DNA from: Anthoceros angustus
Taxonomy: Eukaryota > Plantae > Anthocerotophyta
Assembly (NCBI GenBank): GCA_010909165.1
Contig: MU008185.1
Span: 124,001 to 188,000 of the forward strand
DNA: 64,000 nucleotides
Direction: 5' to 3'
Part shown: in pieces, positions 1-11,869 of the stretch
How positions within the stretch are numbered: position 1 is the first letter of the stretch
How the letters are laid out: each line of letters begins with the position of its first letter
The notes under the pieces: model-generated
What the model saw: the letters and a program-made list of their open reading frames with translations, nothing else
Told to the model about the DNA's origin: nothing
Database searches by the model: none
Translations under genes and position numbers: made by a program

Positions 1-1450
1 ACCAGAGCAGATACTTTCTTCAGTAGCAACTTCCTCTTTCACTTGTGATCCATCGCATACAGGCTGGGGTTGTGAGCAGCCACTTTCAGGTTTCGTACTT
101 GATATTTTCACCCGCGGACTTCTCTGTGTACGACTCTCCTCATCCTCATCATCCGAAATCAACACAACATCCTCTTTGGCAACAACTTCAGGCTCAGGCA
201 CCAGTCCCATGGGCGTAGAACAACCCTTAAACACTGGCGTGTCTGCGGGAACCCCTGCCACCTCTAATAGTCTTACTTGCAAATGTTCTGGTTCTTCAGC
301 TGGCAACTCTGCTGAAAAATCTGTGTCCACTGTTAGTAACTAGTGTGGGACGGAGAGTATTTGAAGCTAGATACAATGTTCTCAGGTGAAGACTTACCAC
401 GTGGTGGTGTGTTGAAAACCAGAGATCGCCCTTCCATACCACTGGACTTGCTATGTCGTAAGGCTCCTCCAGAGCCTTGAGCACCTTCATCACCCATTGA
501 CACTCTCCAAGTGCTTGGTGTCTTAGCCTCAGGCTCATTAGCTGGAGATACTTTCATCTTCTTCAGCACTGGGCGCTTGCCTTTAGAAGCAGTGTCACTT
601 CCACTCTGGCAATCTGGTGAGCCAGCACAAACGTCATCACAAACCTCATTGATTGTTGAATTGATCTCCTTTTCTGTCATCTGTGCCGCTGGAGTGGTTT
701 GCCATGCATTGTTTTCCTTACCCCCCTGGCCCTCCAGCTGAGCTCCTGATGCAGGTTCATCTGCTTTCGGAGATGCAGCTTTGTCCAAGCGTTTGTCAGC
801 CCTGCGATTATTGACTCTTCTTTTCCCACCAGTGCTCACGCTCCTGCTTTTCGGAGCGGTGCCTCGATTAGCAACTAACTTCAAAAACGCGTCCAGGTGA
901 GGGTGATCTTCTGCATTTCTGTCGGACAGCACGGTAATGGCTGCACAATCCACAACCTCCTCCTCCCCTTTCATGGGGCCCCCAACCCACTTGAGTGTGA
1001 ACTTACATTGACATTCTTCATTTTCAGCGCCTATCCGCAGATGCTCATGCTTGACGATCTGTGCAATATCAGACATGAGTCTGCCAGCAAAGCAGCCAAC
1101 ACCCAAGACAGCAAACTAAAACCAGGGTAACTGATTACCTTCCGAACTTCAGCATCGAAGTACTTCTTCTCATCATCATCAAGCTCCTTCAAAGCACAGA
1201 CACGTAATCCCACACTGAGGTCACCACAACGTGCATCCTGGAGCTGTTCCGAAGTAATGCGCACCTTATTGCACACATCTGCACGACTTGTGAATTTACT
1301 CAAGTCCCACTTCTCATCCTCTTCGGATTCATAGTCTGTAAAATGAACGTGCACTTTGGTCCTCCCAAACTTGAGACTGCAGGGGTACCATGCGTCGTCG
1401 TGAGACTTGGCCTCAATTGTTATCTCCTCCCCAGGCTCTCCATCAGCCAT
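1..1450 (-). CDS. SAWADEE-domain chromatin protein (SHH/ASI1-like family), multi-exon, runs off the left edge of the window
   Basis: ATG at 1450 begins MADGEPGEEITIEAKSHDDAWYPC...VRITSEQLQDARCGDLSVGLRVCA...KKYFDAEVRK. After a GT-AG intron (1138-1059) it continues IVKHEH...CQCKFTLKWVGGP, which is the SAWADEE pattern (EAKS-D-AWY, S-LQ---C, YFDA, H---C-C-F). A second GTAAGT donor lies at 397, and an open acidic frame continues to position 1. Confidence 0.8.
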
Positions 1451-2070
1451 AATTCCTAACGGCAGGGCTGCCCTCTTACAAAACGGTCTCAACACAACGA
1501 AGGTCGCTAGAGACTGACTCTCCCTCTCGTCTTCTAAACCCACACCTCGTGCAGCCCTTTACGGAGGGGAAGGCAGTAAGCGGAATCTGACAAGGTCGCC
1601 TTGCACCCGAAGAGGCTCCACACTAGCAGAATTCGTCAATATGGGCTCACACCGTGACAGGGCACGGACGTAACGCATGCGAGCTGCAACTGCAGCTGGT
1701 CAGCACCGAAAACAGCAAGGACACATACAAGAGCTTGCCTAGGCTTTCCTGAGTCTTCACCCAATTCCATCCCCAATCCTAACCTCCCAACCGCAGTCTG
1801 GACAGCTCCAAGCTGCAGCTCATAGCTGCCTGACATTCAATTCATCCAAACACCGTGCATAGCTTCCCACACAACACCCTACGCACCCCGCGTAATAACA
1901 CCCTCAATGTCAGCCAGTTTACCACATTACGAAACATAGAATCGTGTATGAACGTTTAAGTAACCAAGCCCAACAGTTTGCTACCTTCGAGGACTGTATA
2001 CCACAGAATCTTAAGAGCACGGTGCCAATTCGCGAACGTTCACATAGCACGCCGTTACCGTTCCACATAA

Positions 2071-2950
2071 TTGCTCCAGGTGCGGCAGTGTAAGGAGCCC
2101 GGCGCTTCCTCTTCCGGGATGGGTTTCCAGCGATGTTGTCAGGAGCAGGGGCACTTGTGGCAACAATTGTTTCTGGACCCTACCATGTGGTGGGACGAGG
2201 GACGAGATATGAAGAGCTTCCGTTTGCCTGACTTCCGGCGTAAGGAGCTGCTCATCAACCCAAGCTTGCTTTAAGCTAGCTTGGGTTGATGACCTACTCC
2301 TTTCCTTGGATTTGCAGACGGGTCCGGGTCCCTCTCCTTCCAAGTCGAGCAGGATCGGAAATGGGCGTCCCAAGGGCTGGGACTGTGAGCATGTTATGTC
2401 AGCAGGGGAAGCTCTCTAAGGCCGTTGGAGCTCTGGAATCTCTGGCAAAGACAGACTCTGCTATTTCTCAGTCTCTGTTTTACACTGAGAGTTCATGATC
2501 GCACTGTGAAACTTGGGGATAAGCCGAATGGATAACTGGGGAACCATATCTTGCGCATGTATGCATGTAGAGGTACGCCACAAGAGGCATGGATGTGCGC
2601 ACCAGGGTGGCAAACCGAATACCTTCTATGGTAGCACTTGCTGTGCATGGATAAACGGGCAGGAGGGCCTGATTTTGGTCAACCTTGTTACTTTTGCTTG
2701 CCTTCTGAAGGCCTGTGCGAGCACTGGTGCCTTACAGAAGGGCAGGCAGCCCGACTCACAGGTTGTAGAAAGAGGACTGCTAGATGACATACTGGTGGAT
2801 ACCTGCCTGGTGGACTGTATGCAAAATGTGGTGAACTGAAAGATGCACGCAGCTTTTTGAAAGCTTGGCCAGAAAGGATGTGGTGACATGGGATGCCCTG
2901 ATAGCTGATTATGGTACTTGCGGTGATGGTCACAGAGCACTAGGTTGTCT
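2071..2950 (+). pseudogene. Degenerate PLS-class PPR gene with N-terminal PDF-like motif
   Basis: Fragments in shifting frames: LWQQLFLDPTMWWDEGRDMKSFRLPDFRRKE (PDF-like), VSMLCQQGKLSKAVGALE, and VTFACLLKACASTGALQKGRQ..SQVVERGLLDDILVDTCLVD / YAKCGELK.A...F..LARKDVVTWDALIA (PLS repeats). Stops and frameshifts are present. Confidence 0.7.
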
Positions 2951-3783
2951 TGAGGAGATGTCAGTTGCAACGAGAGCGTGAGCCCACATGTGGTATGAGC
3001 ATCAGTAAGCATCATCATGGTGGAAGCATGAGGGAGAGAAGCATCAGCGCGAGCGCGCAGGAGCATGAGCGTGCTTCTTTGAGTCGCCGAAGATGCCGAT
3101 CAATTTCAAGGCGCAAACATCACAGGCTATGGTGATTAATCTTTTAGTGTGAGAGAATTCTGGCCAGTTCAGTTCAAACAGTCCGGGATTTCGCAGTTCA
3201 CGATAAAATCGGTGAACTCCATCCAAATTTACCTGAACAATAAAACCAATTATGGTGCAGTTCGAAGAACCGGAAGTTCGGTGATGTCCTTTAATAATTA
3301 ATATGTAGTGCAATTCAATTCCCTCGGTACCATAGTTCTAAAAGGTGACGGTCAGCTCCCAGATTTTAAGCCAATGCGCCTTCCTGATTTGATTTAAGCG
3401 GTTGACATTTTTATGGTGTCCTACATTGTAACTTTTTCAGTTTCGTATGTCAACAAACAAATCTGGGTATTGCATGCAGCATACACCACGTTCAAAACCT
3501 TAATGGACCAAAACCTCACTGTATTCTGAGTGTATGTGGTCCTGCGAATGGCGTGTGCCACTTACCATGAGCGCTCCACGGCCTGATCATATCACCAGTT
3601 CTGTGTTGTCTTCCTGGAACATGAAGCGGAGTTCTTTTAGCCAGATTCACTTGAATGTCACACCACCCAACTTCATCTCCCGTGCAGAGTAGAGTAGGGA
3701 GCTAGCAAGCGTGAGAACGAGTGAAAAACGTGGTGTAGAAGAAAGGACTCTCAGATTACAGGTTGACAGGTGAGAGGTGGCTC

Positions 3784-5808
3784 CTACATGTCCTTGGACA
3801 TCTTCAATCCACAGGTGTAGGTGAGCATGTCAGTCACATGAGGCTCTTCCAGCCAATGAAGAACAGCTTTGCCTCGAGCCACAAATCCACTGTTCTCGGT
3901 GTCCATGTTGAAAGGAGAACTCAGAGAAGCCAGCATGTCGGCCACAGCGACTTCTGTGGGTGATAATTCTGGCCTGGTTTGCGAATGCACAGGAAGTCCT
4001 GTGATGACACGAAACCAGTCAGGGATGTCGGCCCGGACACTGCAGTATGACTTCTTGAACATCAACAGTGACTTGGTCAGACTCACCAAGGCTGTCCCTG
4101 GCCGCATCTCCTGCAGATTCAGACTGCAGACTGGGTAACTGAAATCCGCCACTAAATAATCTAAGAACATCTGTCCTACAGCCATGTCCCAAACACAGCT
4201 CGCTTGCTGCCTGTGGCCCATCTTGTACATCAAATTCATCAGCTCATTCGCAAATGTCTGTTTAACACGCCTGCTACCATTTGCCTTGATGAAGAAACTT
4301 GAAAACCAACCACTGATAAATGGCAAGTCATTGTTTCTGTCAAACAACACGGTCAGCAGCTCCGCCACTGAGGTATCCGTGAGTCCTATCAGAATCCTGT
4401 GAACATCTGCCTCATGTTTCTCGCACTCTGACAAGCTATGCAGGATGAGCGAAGAAGTTCGAAGAGATGGTGAGAGACCCCACTGAGGTAAAAGCTCGAG
4501 AAACTGCTTTGCTTTTTGGAATAACTTCTTATTCAAATACATGGCAACCAATGTGTTGGCGACCTCTAAAGTCGGAGGTATACCTGCTGCTGTCATTCTT
4601 TCAAACCACTGAAGGCATTTTTCTACGTTGCCAGCTCTAGCATATGCTTGCATAAGACTGTTGACAGAGGTCCAATCCATCTTCAGTTCCTTGTCCAGGA
4701 GCAGCTTCTCAGCAGCCTCTACGTTGCCACTCTGCACCAGCGCTTGCATCATGATGTTTCGGACGATTTCGTTAGGAAGAAAGCCAGCTTCCTTCATGTG
4801 CGTGTTCAGCTCCAAGCACGCTTCACCATCACCTGCTTTCGCATGAATGTCCATGAGGATGCCATAAGTGAACTTGTCTGGACGAATACCTTTTAATTTC
4901 ATCTCCTCCCACCTCTGAAGTGCACTCTGCCGATCCCCCAATTTTCCCAGAGCGAGGAGCACAGCATTATATGTTACAGTGTCAGGAACAATGCCAGATT
5001 GCACCATTTGGCCAAACATCTTGATGGCCTCCTTAGGGCACCCTTGCTTGGCATACATGGTGAGCATGATCGTGAAGCTGATTCTGTCAGGCTGGCAGCC
5101 ATATTGCTTCATATTGAAGAACAGGTCAGACGCGTCCGTCACCATGCCCGCTCTGGCAAGGCTACCAATGACAGTGGTGATTGAATAGGTGTCCATCTCA
5201 CAGCCTTGTAAACGCATCTCCTGCATCAGCTCCTTCACAGTGTCCAGTTTCATGGCCTCCCCGAGAATCTTCATCATGACAGTATAAGAAAAGCGGTCAT
5301 GCTTGCAGCCTGCCTCTGCTGCGGCCCAGCGAAAAAAGTTGTAGGCCACAACGGGATCCCTGATCTGCCTCAGCACCAATACCACCTGGTAGGAGACAAG
5401 TTGCAGCTGCCATCTTCTCAGTTCTGCCAACGTCTCATGAGACCAACCCAATTGCCCCAACAAGTCAGCAATGCCGTAAACCAGTCTCGCTTTCCTGATC
5501 TCTCCACCGGCCTTTCTCTGCCCAATCTGGCTCAGCCCACTCCGTCCTTCAGCAACACTACCTGCCACCGAGTAATTCCTCGCTGGTCCTCGCCCAATTG
5601 CCTCCTCACAGGATCTCCCCGCTGAACTCAGCCACCATGTCGTGTGGATTAAGCCAGCATTCAAACTCCCGCCTGCTCCCGGAGCACCATCCCACTTGTC
5701 TGCAGTTGCCCAGCAGCAGCTGCTCCTGCGCAGGGCTCCTGCCGGCCTCAGCCATTCCCCCACTTCCTGCACATGCCACCGCCCGCCCCTGACCAGCCTC
5801 CCTATCAT
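3784..5808 (-). CDS. P-class pentatricopeptide repeat protein with C-terminal SMR domain (At1g18900/At1g74750-like), intronless, 674 aa
   Basis: Tandem 35-aa repeats (PDRISFTIMLTMYAKQG, PDTVTYNAVLLALGKLG, PDKFTYGILMDIHAKAG). C-terminus SLNLQEMRPGTALVSL...VITGLPVHS...MLASLSSPF...SGFVARGKAVLHWL matches the SMR domain of this subfamily. Confidence 0.9.
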   Translation of the reverse strand: MIGRLVRGGRWHVQEVGEWLRPAGALRRSSCCWATADKWDGAPGAGGSLNAGLIHTTWWLSSAGRSCEEAIGRGPARNYSVAGSVAEGRSGLSQIGQRKAGGEIRKARLVYGIADLLGQLGWSHETLAELRRWQLQLVSYQVVLVLRQIRDPVVAYNFFRWAAAEAGCKHDRFSYTVMMKILGEAMKLDTVKELMQEMRLQGCEMDTYSITTVIGSLARAGMVTDASDLFFNMKQYGCQPDRISFTIMLTMYAKQGCPKEAIKMFGQMVQSGIVPDTVTYNAVLLALGKLGDRQSALQRWEEMKLKGIRPDKFTYGILMDIHAKAGDGEACLELNTHMKEAGFLPNEIVRNIMMQALVQSGNVEAAEKLLLDKELKMDWTSVNSLMQAYARAGNVEKCLQWFERMTAAGIPPTLEVANTLVAMYLNKKLFQKAKQFLELLPQWGLSPSLRTSSLILHSLSECEKHEADVHRILIGLTDTSVAELLTVLFDRNNDLPFISGWFSSFFIKANGSRRVKQTFANELMNLMYKMGHRQQASCVWDMAVGQMFLDYLVADFSYPVCSLNLQEMRPGTALVSLTKSLLMFKKSYCSVRADIPDWFRVITGLPVHSQTRPELSPTEVAVADMLASLSSPFNMDTENSGFVARGKAVLHWLEEPHVTDMLTYTCGLKMSKDM

Positions 5809-6262
5809 CTCACCATACGTCGTCCACCAGAGTCAAGTCCTCGAAAGTCGGATGCCGGAGCTATGCAAGAGATGCAGACATTCCAGAAGCATACATTCCG
5901 AGCGACCCATCACAGGCCCCGCAACCGTTACGCGAGGTAGCCCTTTGGAGCTTTGCCAGATGAAGCAGACTTCTGCGGTCTCCCTGACCGCTAATGCGCA
6001 TGCACCTAGGCTTTGCGAAGGTAAGCTGAAGTCATTGTGGGTGCCGCGATAAGAGTGTGTGTCCAAACTACAGTGCGCCCTGATGTCCTTCTCCTTGCGA
6101 TGCTGCGAGGACAAGAGAGACAAAGGCGTCACCGGTGGGAACCCTGGCAACTGTATTCAGCAGACAAAAATCCAGAGACTGCACAGCCAGAACAAATTGA
6201 GACGAGCTCGTTCAACATGCAAAACACTGATCCTCTATCCTGCGCAAAAACATGAAAGTCCT

Positions 6263-6662
6263 TGTGTTTGTGGAATCAGCGGCGTCGTCCAGCCTCTGGT
6301 GGAGGCTGGCAGCACAGCACGAAACAGAGCCTTAGGATGCACTGGTTTTGTTGTCGGACGCTAGGCCAGAGAAATCCTGATTGTTCACAGCGTCTCCATG
6401 GAAATCCCTGTGAATTACCGAACAATTGCCTCTTAGATTTAGCTCATTTGCCACAGGAAGAAAAAAAACTCGTTCATTACAGGACAGTCCTCCTCTTTGT
6501 GGAATCGGAGACGTCTTCCGGTCTCTGATGGAGGCTGGCAGCATAGCACGAAAAAAAAGCATCCAGAATGCACAAGTCAAGGCAAGAATGCACTCATTTT
6601 CTTCACGACGCTAGGGCCGCTGATCGTTCACAACGTAATCAGGTGACAAGGAAATCCTTGTG
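6263..6662. repeat. Degenerate ~230-bp direct duplication
   Basis: tttgtggaatc...ctg(g/a)tggaggctggcagca(c/t)agcacgaaa...gacgctagg...ggaaatcc(c/t)tgtg occurs at ~6263-6420 and again at ~6495-6662. Confidence 0.7.
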
Positions 6663-7201
6663 CATGACAGAACGGCTACCTGTTAGCTTCAGCTGATCTC
6701 CACACCGAGGAAGAAAAACTCCTCCATTGCAGATGCTTTGTTACTTTTAGGGTCACTGATACCACTGACAAGAGGTAGGTGGTCATGTTGATCGTCACCT
6801 TGTTTTCGTAGCTGGAGGGACTGAAGAGAATTCTTTTGTTCAGCTCGGTGATTGCTCTCGTCAGAGAACCTGAATTAGCATGTAGCTGTTTCTGTTGTGA
6901 GGAACATGTTTTTGATGGCAAGATTGATCAACACTGTTTTCACATCAGAGTCTTTGCATCAGGTGCAGCCTGATCATTGCAGATAGAAGCTCATGTACGA
7001 GCCTGCATATTAGAAGTGCAGGCTATGCGGAGGATGTATCTGTAGTTGGTGTCTGCCAGTGATGCTCCTATCACTGCAGAGCTAGAGGTTCCTGCAGGAG
7101 CGTTTGAGTCTCCTTTCCCAAGATCTATCAGGTCAGTAGCGTAGTCATCAACCTGATCTTGGTGTATCTGCCTTATGGCACGCTTTGTAATGTTTGAGAC
7201 A

Positions 7202-7293
7202 CTGTTTGTTGTGCATATCTACGCCTGTTGGCTGTTTGTTGTGCATATCTACGCTTTTTGGCTGTTTGTTGTGCATATCTACGCTTTTTGGCT
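7202..7293. repeat. 30-bp tandem repeat x3
   Basis: (g/a)ctgtttgttgtgcatatctacgc(ct/tt)(g/t)ttg repeated three times. Confidence 0.9.
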
Positions 7294-7718
7294 GCAGTTC
7301 TGGCACTGGTTTGGTTTTTTTGAACGGGTGTATTTGCAGCAAGTGATCATATTTCTCGTCACTTAAACAGAGAGACGAATCGCATTCAAACATGTACACT
7401 ACGTGCAAGAGCAATTCCGTAGAGTGAACTCGATACGAAGATGCCGATCGAAGCCAAATATGGAGGAAGTAGAAGAGAGGCTTTTCTACAAATATCTATG
7501 GGTAGATAGGACACACATCCACATGTGTATCAGCAGCGGCTTGGCAACCTGTTTTTACTTCAATTTCGAGGATGCCCTATAACAGAAGATTCCCTGGCAG
7601 TCTTCACGCGCTCGATGCGATTATGTAGTCAAACTTTCAGCCCTGCCTTCCTCGTGTGATTTGCGATCTGGGTGGGTGAGGCTGGAAGCTAGCTGCGATT
7701 CGGCTCCAATTTTGGGCC

Positions 7719-9039
7719 ATGATGGCCAGCCTCGTGGTCAAAATCAGGAGTCAAGGGGCGGAAATGTGGAATTCAGTCCGCAATATCAACTGGAGGCACA
7801 CGACATTGCAGCTCATCAGCTTAGGTGAGGTGGAGCCTGGCCGGATGCTGTGGATTGCTGAAGCTAAGACATATTGACGGGAAATTTGGACTTCTGGAGT
7901 TCGTCTCACACAACAGAGCTGGACGTTCCCGTTGTCGTTGGGTTACTGTTCATATTTGTGGCTTACGGGGTATGATTTTTGGATGCAGCCATGATTGTAA
8001 CATCCGCTTTGATCATCTGGAAAGGGTTGATGTGCGTAACGGGTAGTGAGTCACCTGTAGTGGTAGTGCTCTCCGGTAGTATGGAGCCAGGCTTCAGAAG
8101 GGTAGGTTCTCGTTGCTATACAGGATAGTTGTTGCCTGTCTCCGTTATCTGGGTAGGGTTGCTTGTAGTGCTTTACAGTTGTGCTCTAAGCTTCTTTTTC
8201 AGCTGCGGGTATCTCAATCTCAAGGTGTATGATGCCAGGGCGATATTCTGTTTCTGCGAATGAGTGATGCCCCAATTCGGGCGGGGGAGATCGTGGTTTT
8301 CAACGTTGATGTATGTCCTGACCAGAAGCCTTCTGGCTTGTTTGGCAGTCCTGTTGATTTTTTGGGGGTTGTGGTGTTGACGGCAAGTCCATGGTGCTCA
8401 TTGTCTGCACCCTGTTTTCCAGGGACGGGAGATACCGATAGTTCATCGAGTAATAAAGGTAAGAGAAAGTCACATCGTGATCAGTTCGGCTTCATGCGGT
8501 TGTAAAGACTACTCCACTGTAATCCTTTGCTCTTTCCATTTCGGTTTGCAGGTCCACGAAGACGAGAACCTGGAGGTGGATGTCCTTACCAAAGGTATGG
8601 GGAATTACATGGAGTCTCCTCGGTAGAAGTGAATTGATAAAGAGGGTTGTAGCATACTGGTGCTTCTATGTTTGTATGCAGGAGACAACAATTTTGGAGA
8701 TGATAGGCTCCTGTACGCTCAAGGCCAGATGTGGCTGCAACGGCATCATATCATGGGTCGTGCTGTCGGGTAATTTCACAACTCGGAAGTCAGGGTTTTG
8801 ATTTGCACATCAGTGCCTTGTTCCTTACTTGTTACCACAAATGTTCTTGACAGATTCCTACCTTATGTTGGTTGGGTGACAATCATCATGACTGAAAAGC
8901 CCTACATCAAGGTCTGCCATCTACTACGCCTAGCTTATCTTTCAGTCTTGCTATAGATCTCTGATAACGTTTCGTGTTGAATTTGCAGTATCTCCTGATT
9001 GTCGCCCTTGGACTGCTGGTTCTCACGTCCAAAGAGTGA
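7719..9039 (+). CDS. SEC11: Signal peptidase complex catalytic subunit SEC11 (SPC18/21), 8 exons
   Basis: Spliced exons give MMASLVVK...LQLISL / [38 protein letters not shown] / [24 protein letters not shown] / [12 protein letters not shown] / [14 protein letters not shown] / [30 protein letters not shown] / [19 protein letters not shown] / [16 protein letters not shown]-stop. Catalytic SGSMEP and IVHRV motifs present; all introns GT-AG. Confidence 0.96.
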
Positions 9040-10358
9040 ATGGATGCCATTTGCACGTCAGTTCCAGAACGATTTTGATAGACCTAGCAGAAGGCCTCGG
9101 GAATGACTGGTATTGCGTTGTTATCCATGGTTGGGTCTGGGTCCGCAAACCGTCCGATCGAACCACGGGAAAACGGCAGTATAATTGGAAATTTAAAACA
9201 ACGTTGTCCTTTGTGTGTGTACCAGTAAAAAGCTTGACGTGATAATGTAGACGGTACTGTTTCTCCGCATCCGGCGGGCTCCACGTAAAGCCGGATCCTG
9301 CCCTCTCCGTCATTTCAGTCCTCTCTGGTCACTTTGTCTGGCAGTCCTGTGGGATAATTTCTGGCTTCTGTGTTCTGGGAAGTTTCGAAAAGTTCTTATT
9401 TTCTACAATAGGGCCCCGGAAATAGGTTCAAGGCGAAGGGCCTCGGAAATAGGTTCAAGGTGAAGGGCCTCGGAAAAGACTTGGATTCTGTAGTACGTTG
9501 AACCGGAACACACGACGTAACCGCACAACAAACTACAAGCTCCTTTGTTTACTGATAGGTACACCATCGAATAGCAAAAACAGCGCAACCCAGCAAAACC
9601 CCCCACCTTGCAACTCAGCAATCACGTAGCAGACCACGATGTCACCCATCTCTTGCTTCACAAGAGAAGATGCCTGGAACAGTGGGGGCAATCTGATACT
9701 CTGATATAAAGACTAACCCTAGACCACGCAAGCAGGAAGCCACACACAATTCAGAACACAAAAGTGAGTCCGTAATCTCCACACCCGCTTACACCATACA
9801 ACCCAACCCACAATTCTACACATACATACCTACAAAAAAATCTGCCCTACAGGACGGCACTAATCCAGGCGGCTGCCAGCTTCTTCATCACAGAACTTGA
9901 GAAACGCTTGTAAATGATTCTCAACAGCGCCGGTGTAGTGCAAGCTGTGATTAGCAAAAACAACCGGCACAAACCTAGCAAGGCCCTGCCATATCATGCG
10001 AACTGCGCTACCCCTGCAGACAGTAAGGGGCTTGCACCACACTCAAACATGTATTAGCTGCTAGTAACCCACCAGGCTCCTCCCGGCATCAGGGTACCCA
10101 AAGCAATAGAACACGCACCACACCAGAACGAAATCTCAAATATAAACCTCAAAGATAAGACTCCCAATACCATGGGACCAAACAGGTATGGTTCCTGCCA
10201 GTTGCACTGAAAATACTTCCACTTGATCCTATGTCTACGTGCACGGTAATCAGTTCAAACATGGTATTCTACTTTGTGAGAGATACATGGCCCTTGGCGT
10301 GGAAGTAAGAACCTCTAAGATAAGACATCCATCATGCAGCGAAATCCCATAATATGCA

Positions 10359-11787
10359 CAAGCAGCGAAAATGGCAATAACAAAAGACCAATATACACCC
10401 GTCATAACCAGCCCAGCCTTATGAAACACATGTCGACATTGCGCATCTACCGACTTACATGCCAGACCAGGCACTGTTGTTGAGCGTTGCAAAAGCATGT
10501 CTTGAAGTGGGTGATCCAACAACTGTCCTAAACCAAGTCGAATGAAGGGCAAACAATCCATGAACAGAAGGCACACTCTCCCGCCAAAATGTTGTGAAGC
10601 ATCCCAAGGACTGTGCTCATTCTAGAACTAGCCAGCACACCCATCCTGAGTGTCTCTCCATGGGCACCAGCACAAACGCTAAGCTGGAGGGCTGAGTGTC
10701 TGACGCTTAAGGCGACAAGAACCAAGTAACCGCGCCCTTGACAGTAACGCCAATCCATGCGACCAGTAGCTAATTCCCAGGGCAGGGCCCTGCTGCAACT
10801 TGACCGGGAGACGACAGCAAGGTACAACGAAGACGGCCGCAACATGACACCTCAACTGACTCCAGACCCACACCAGGGCACATTGGGCACGTCGACAACT
10901 CTGACCTCCAACATCAAAGTGCGACAAAGCACTCACTGGAACAGTGGCAGAAGGACAAAAATCAATCAAATGCTCTTAGCATGCAGGTAGCAAGAAGGAA
11001 ATAAGCAACGCATAACAGCTACAATGCAGCTTATGTGAATTATGATTTAACTGATCACGTGCACCTGATAACGCAAGCAGCGAAAATGGCAATAACAAAG
11101 ACCAATATATAACCAGCCCAGCCTTATGAAACACATGTCGACATTGCGCATCTACCGACTTACATGCCAGACCAGGCACTGTTGTTGAGCGTTGCAAAAG
11201 CATGTCTTGAAGTGGGTGATCCAACAACTGTCCTAAACCAAGTCGAATGAAGGGCAAACAATCCATGAACAGAAGGCACACTCTCCCGCCAAAATGTTGT
11301 GAAGCATCCCAAGGACTGTGCTCATTCTAGAACTAGCCAGCACACCCATCCTGAGTGTCTCTCCATGGGCACCAGCACAAACGCTAAGCTGGAGGGCTGA
11401 GTGTCTGACGCTTAAGGCGACAAGAACCAAGTAACCGCGCCCTTGACAGTAACGCCAATCCATGCGACCAGTAGCTAATTCCCAGGGCAGGGCCCTGCTG
11501 CAACTTGACCGGGAGACGACAGCAAGGTACAACGAAGACGGCCGCAACATGACACCTCAACTGACTCCAGACCCACACCAGGGCACATTGGGCACGTCGA
11601 CAACTCTGACCTCCAACATCAAAGTGCGACAAAGCACTCACTGGAACAGTGGCAGAAGGACAAAAATCAATCAAATGCTCTTAGCATGCAGGTAGCAAGA
11701 AGGAAATAAGCAACGCATAACAGCTACAATGCAGCTTATGTGAATTATGATTTAACTGATCACGTGCACCTGATAACTTGCAAGCAG
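10359..11787. repeat. Near-perfect ~710-bp tandem duplication 3' of the RanBP2-ZnF gene
   Basis: Unit 1 is 10359-11073 and unit 2 is 11074-11780. The ORF track shows identical peptides 705 bp apart. caagcag is present at 10359, 11074 and 11781. Confidence 0.95.
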
Positions 11788-11869
11788 ACTGACCAGCACT
11801 TATGGAACTTCCAACATCTACCAACCAGATAAGTAGAAAGGTTACAAGAATTACCTTGATGGCGCACAA

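Noticed and set aside
7202-7293. 30-bp repeats as a CRISPR-like array
   Set aside because: Units are contiguous with no unique spacers, and the context is eukaryotic. It is a plain minisatellite.
5833-7600. Possible additional minus-strand gene upstream of the PPR-SMR gene
   Set aside because: Some acceptor-like sites and short open frames exist, but no coherent spliced protein or recognisable domain.
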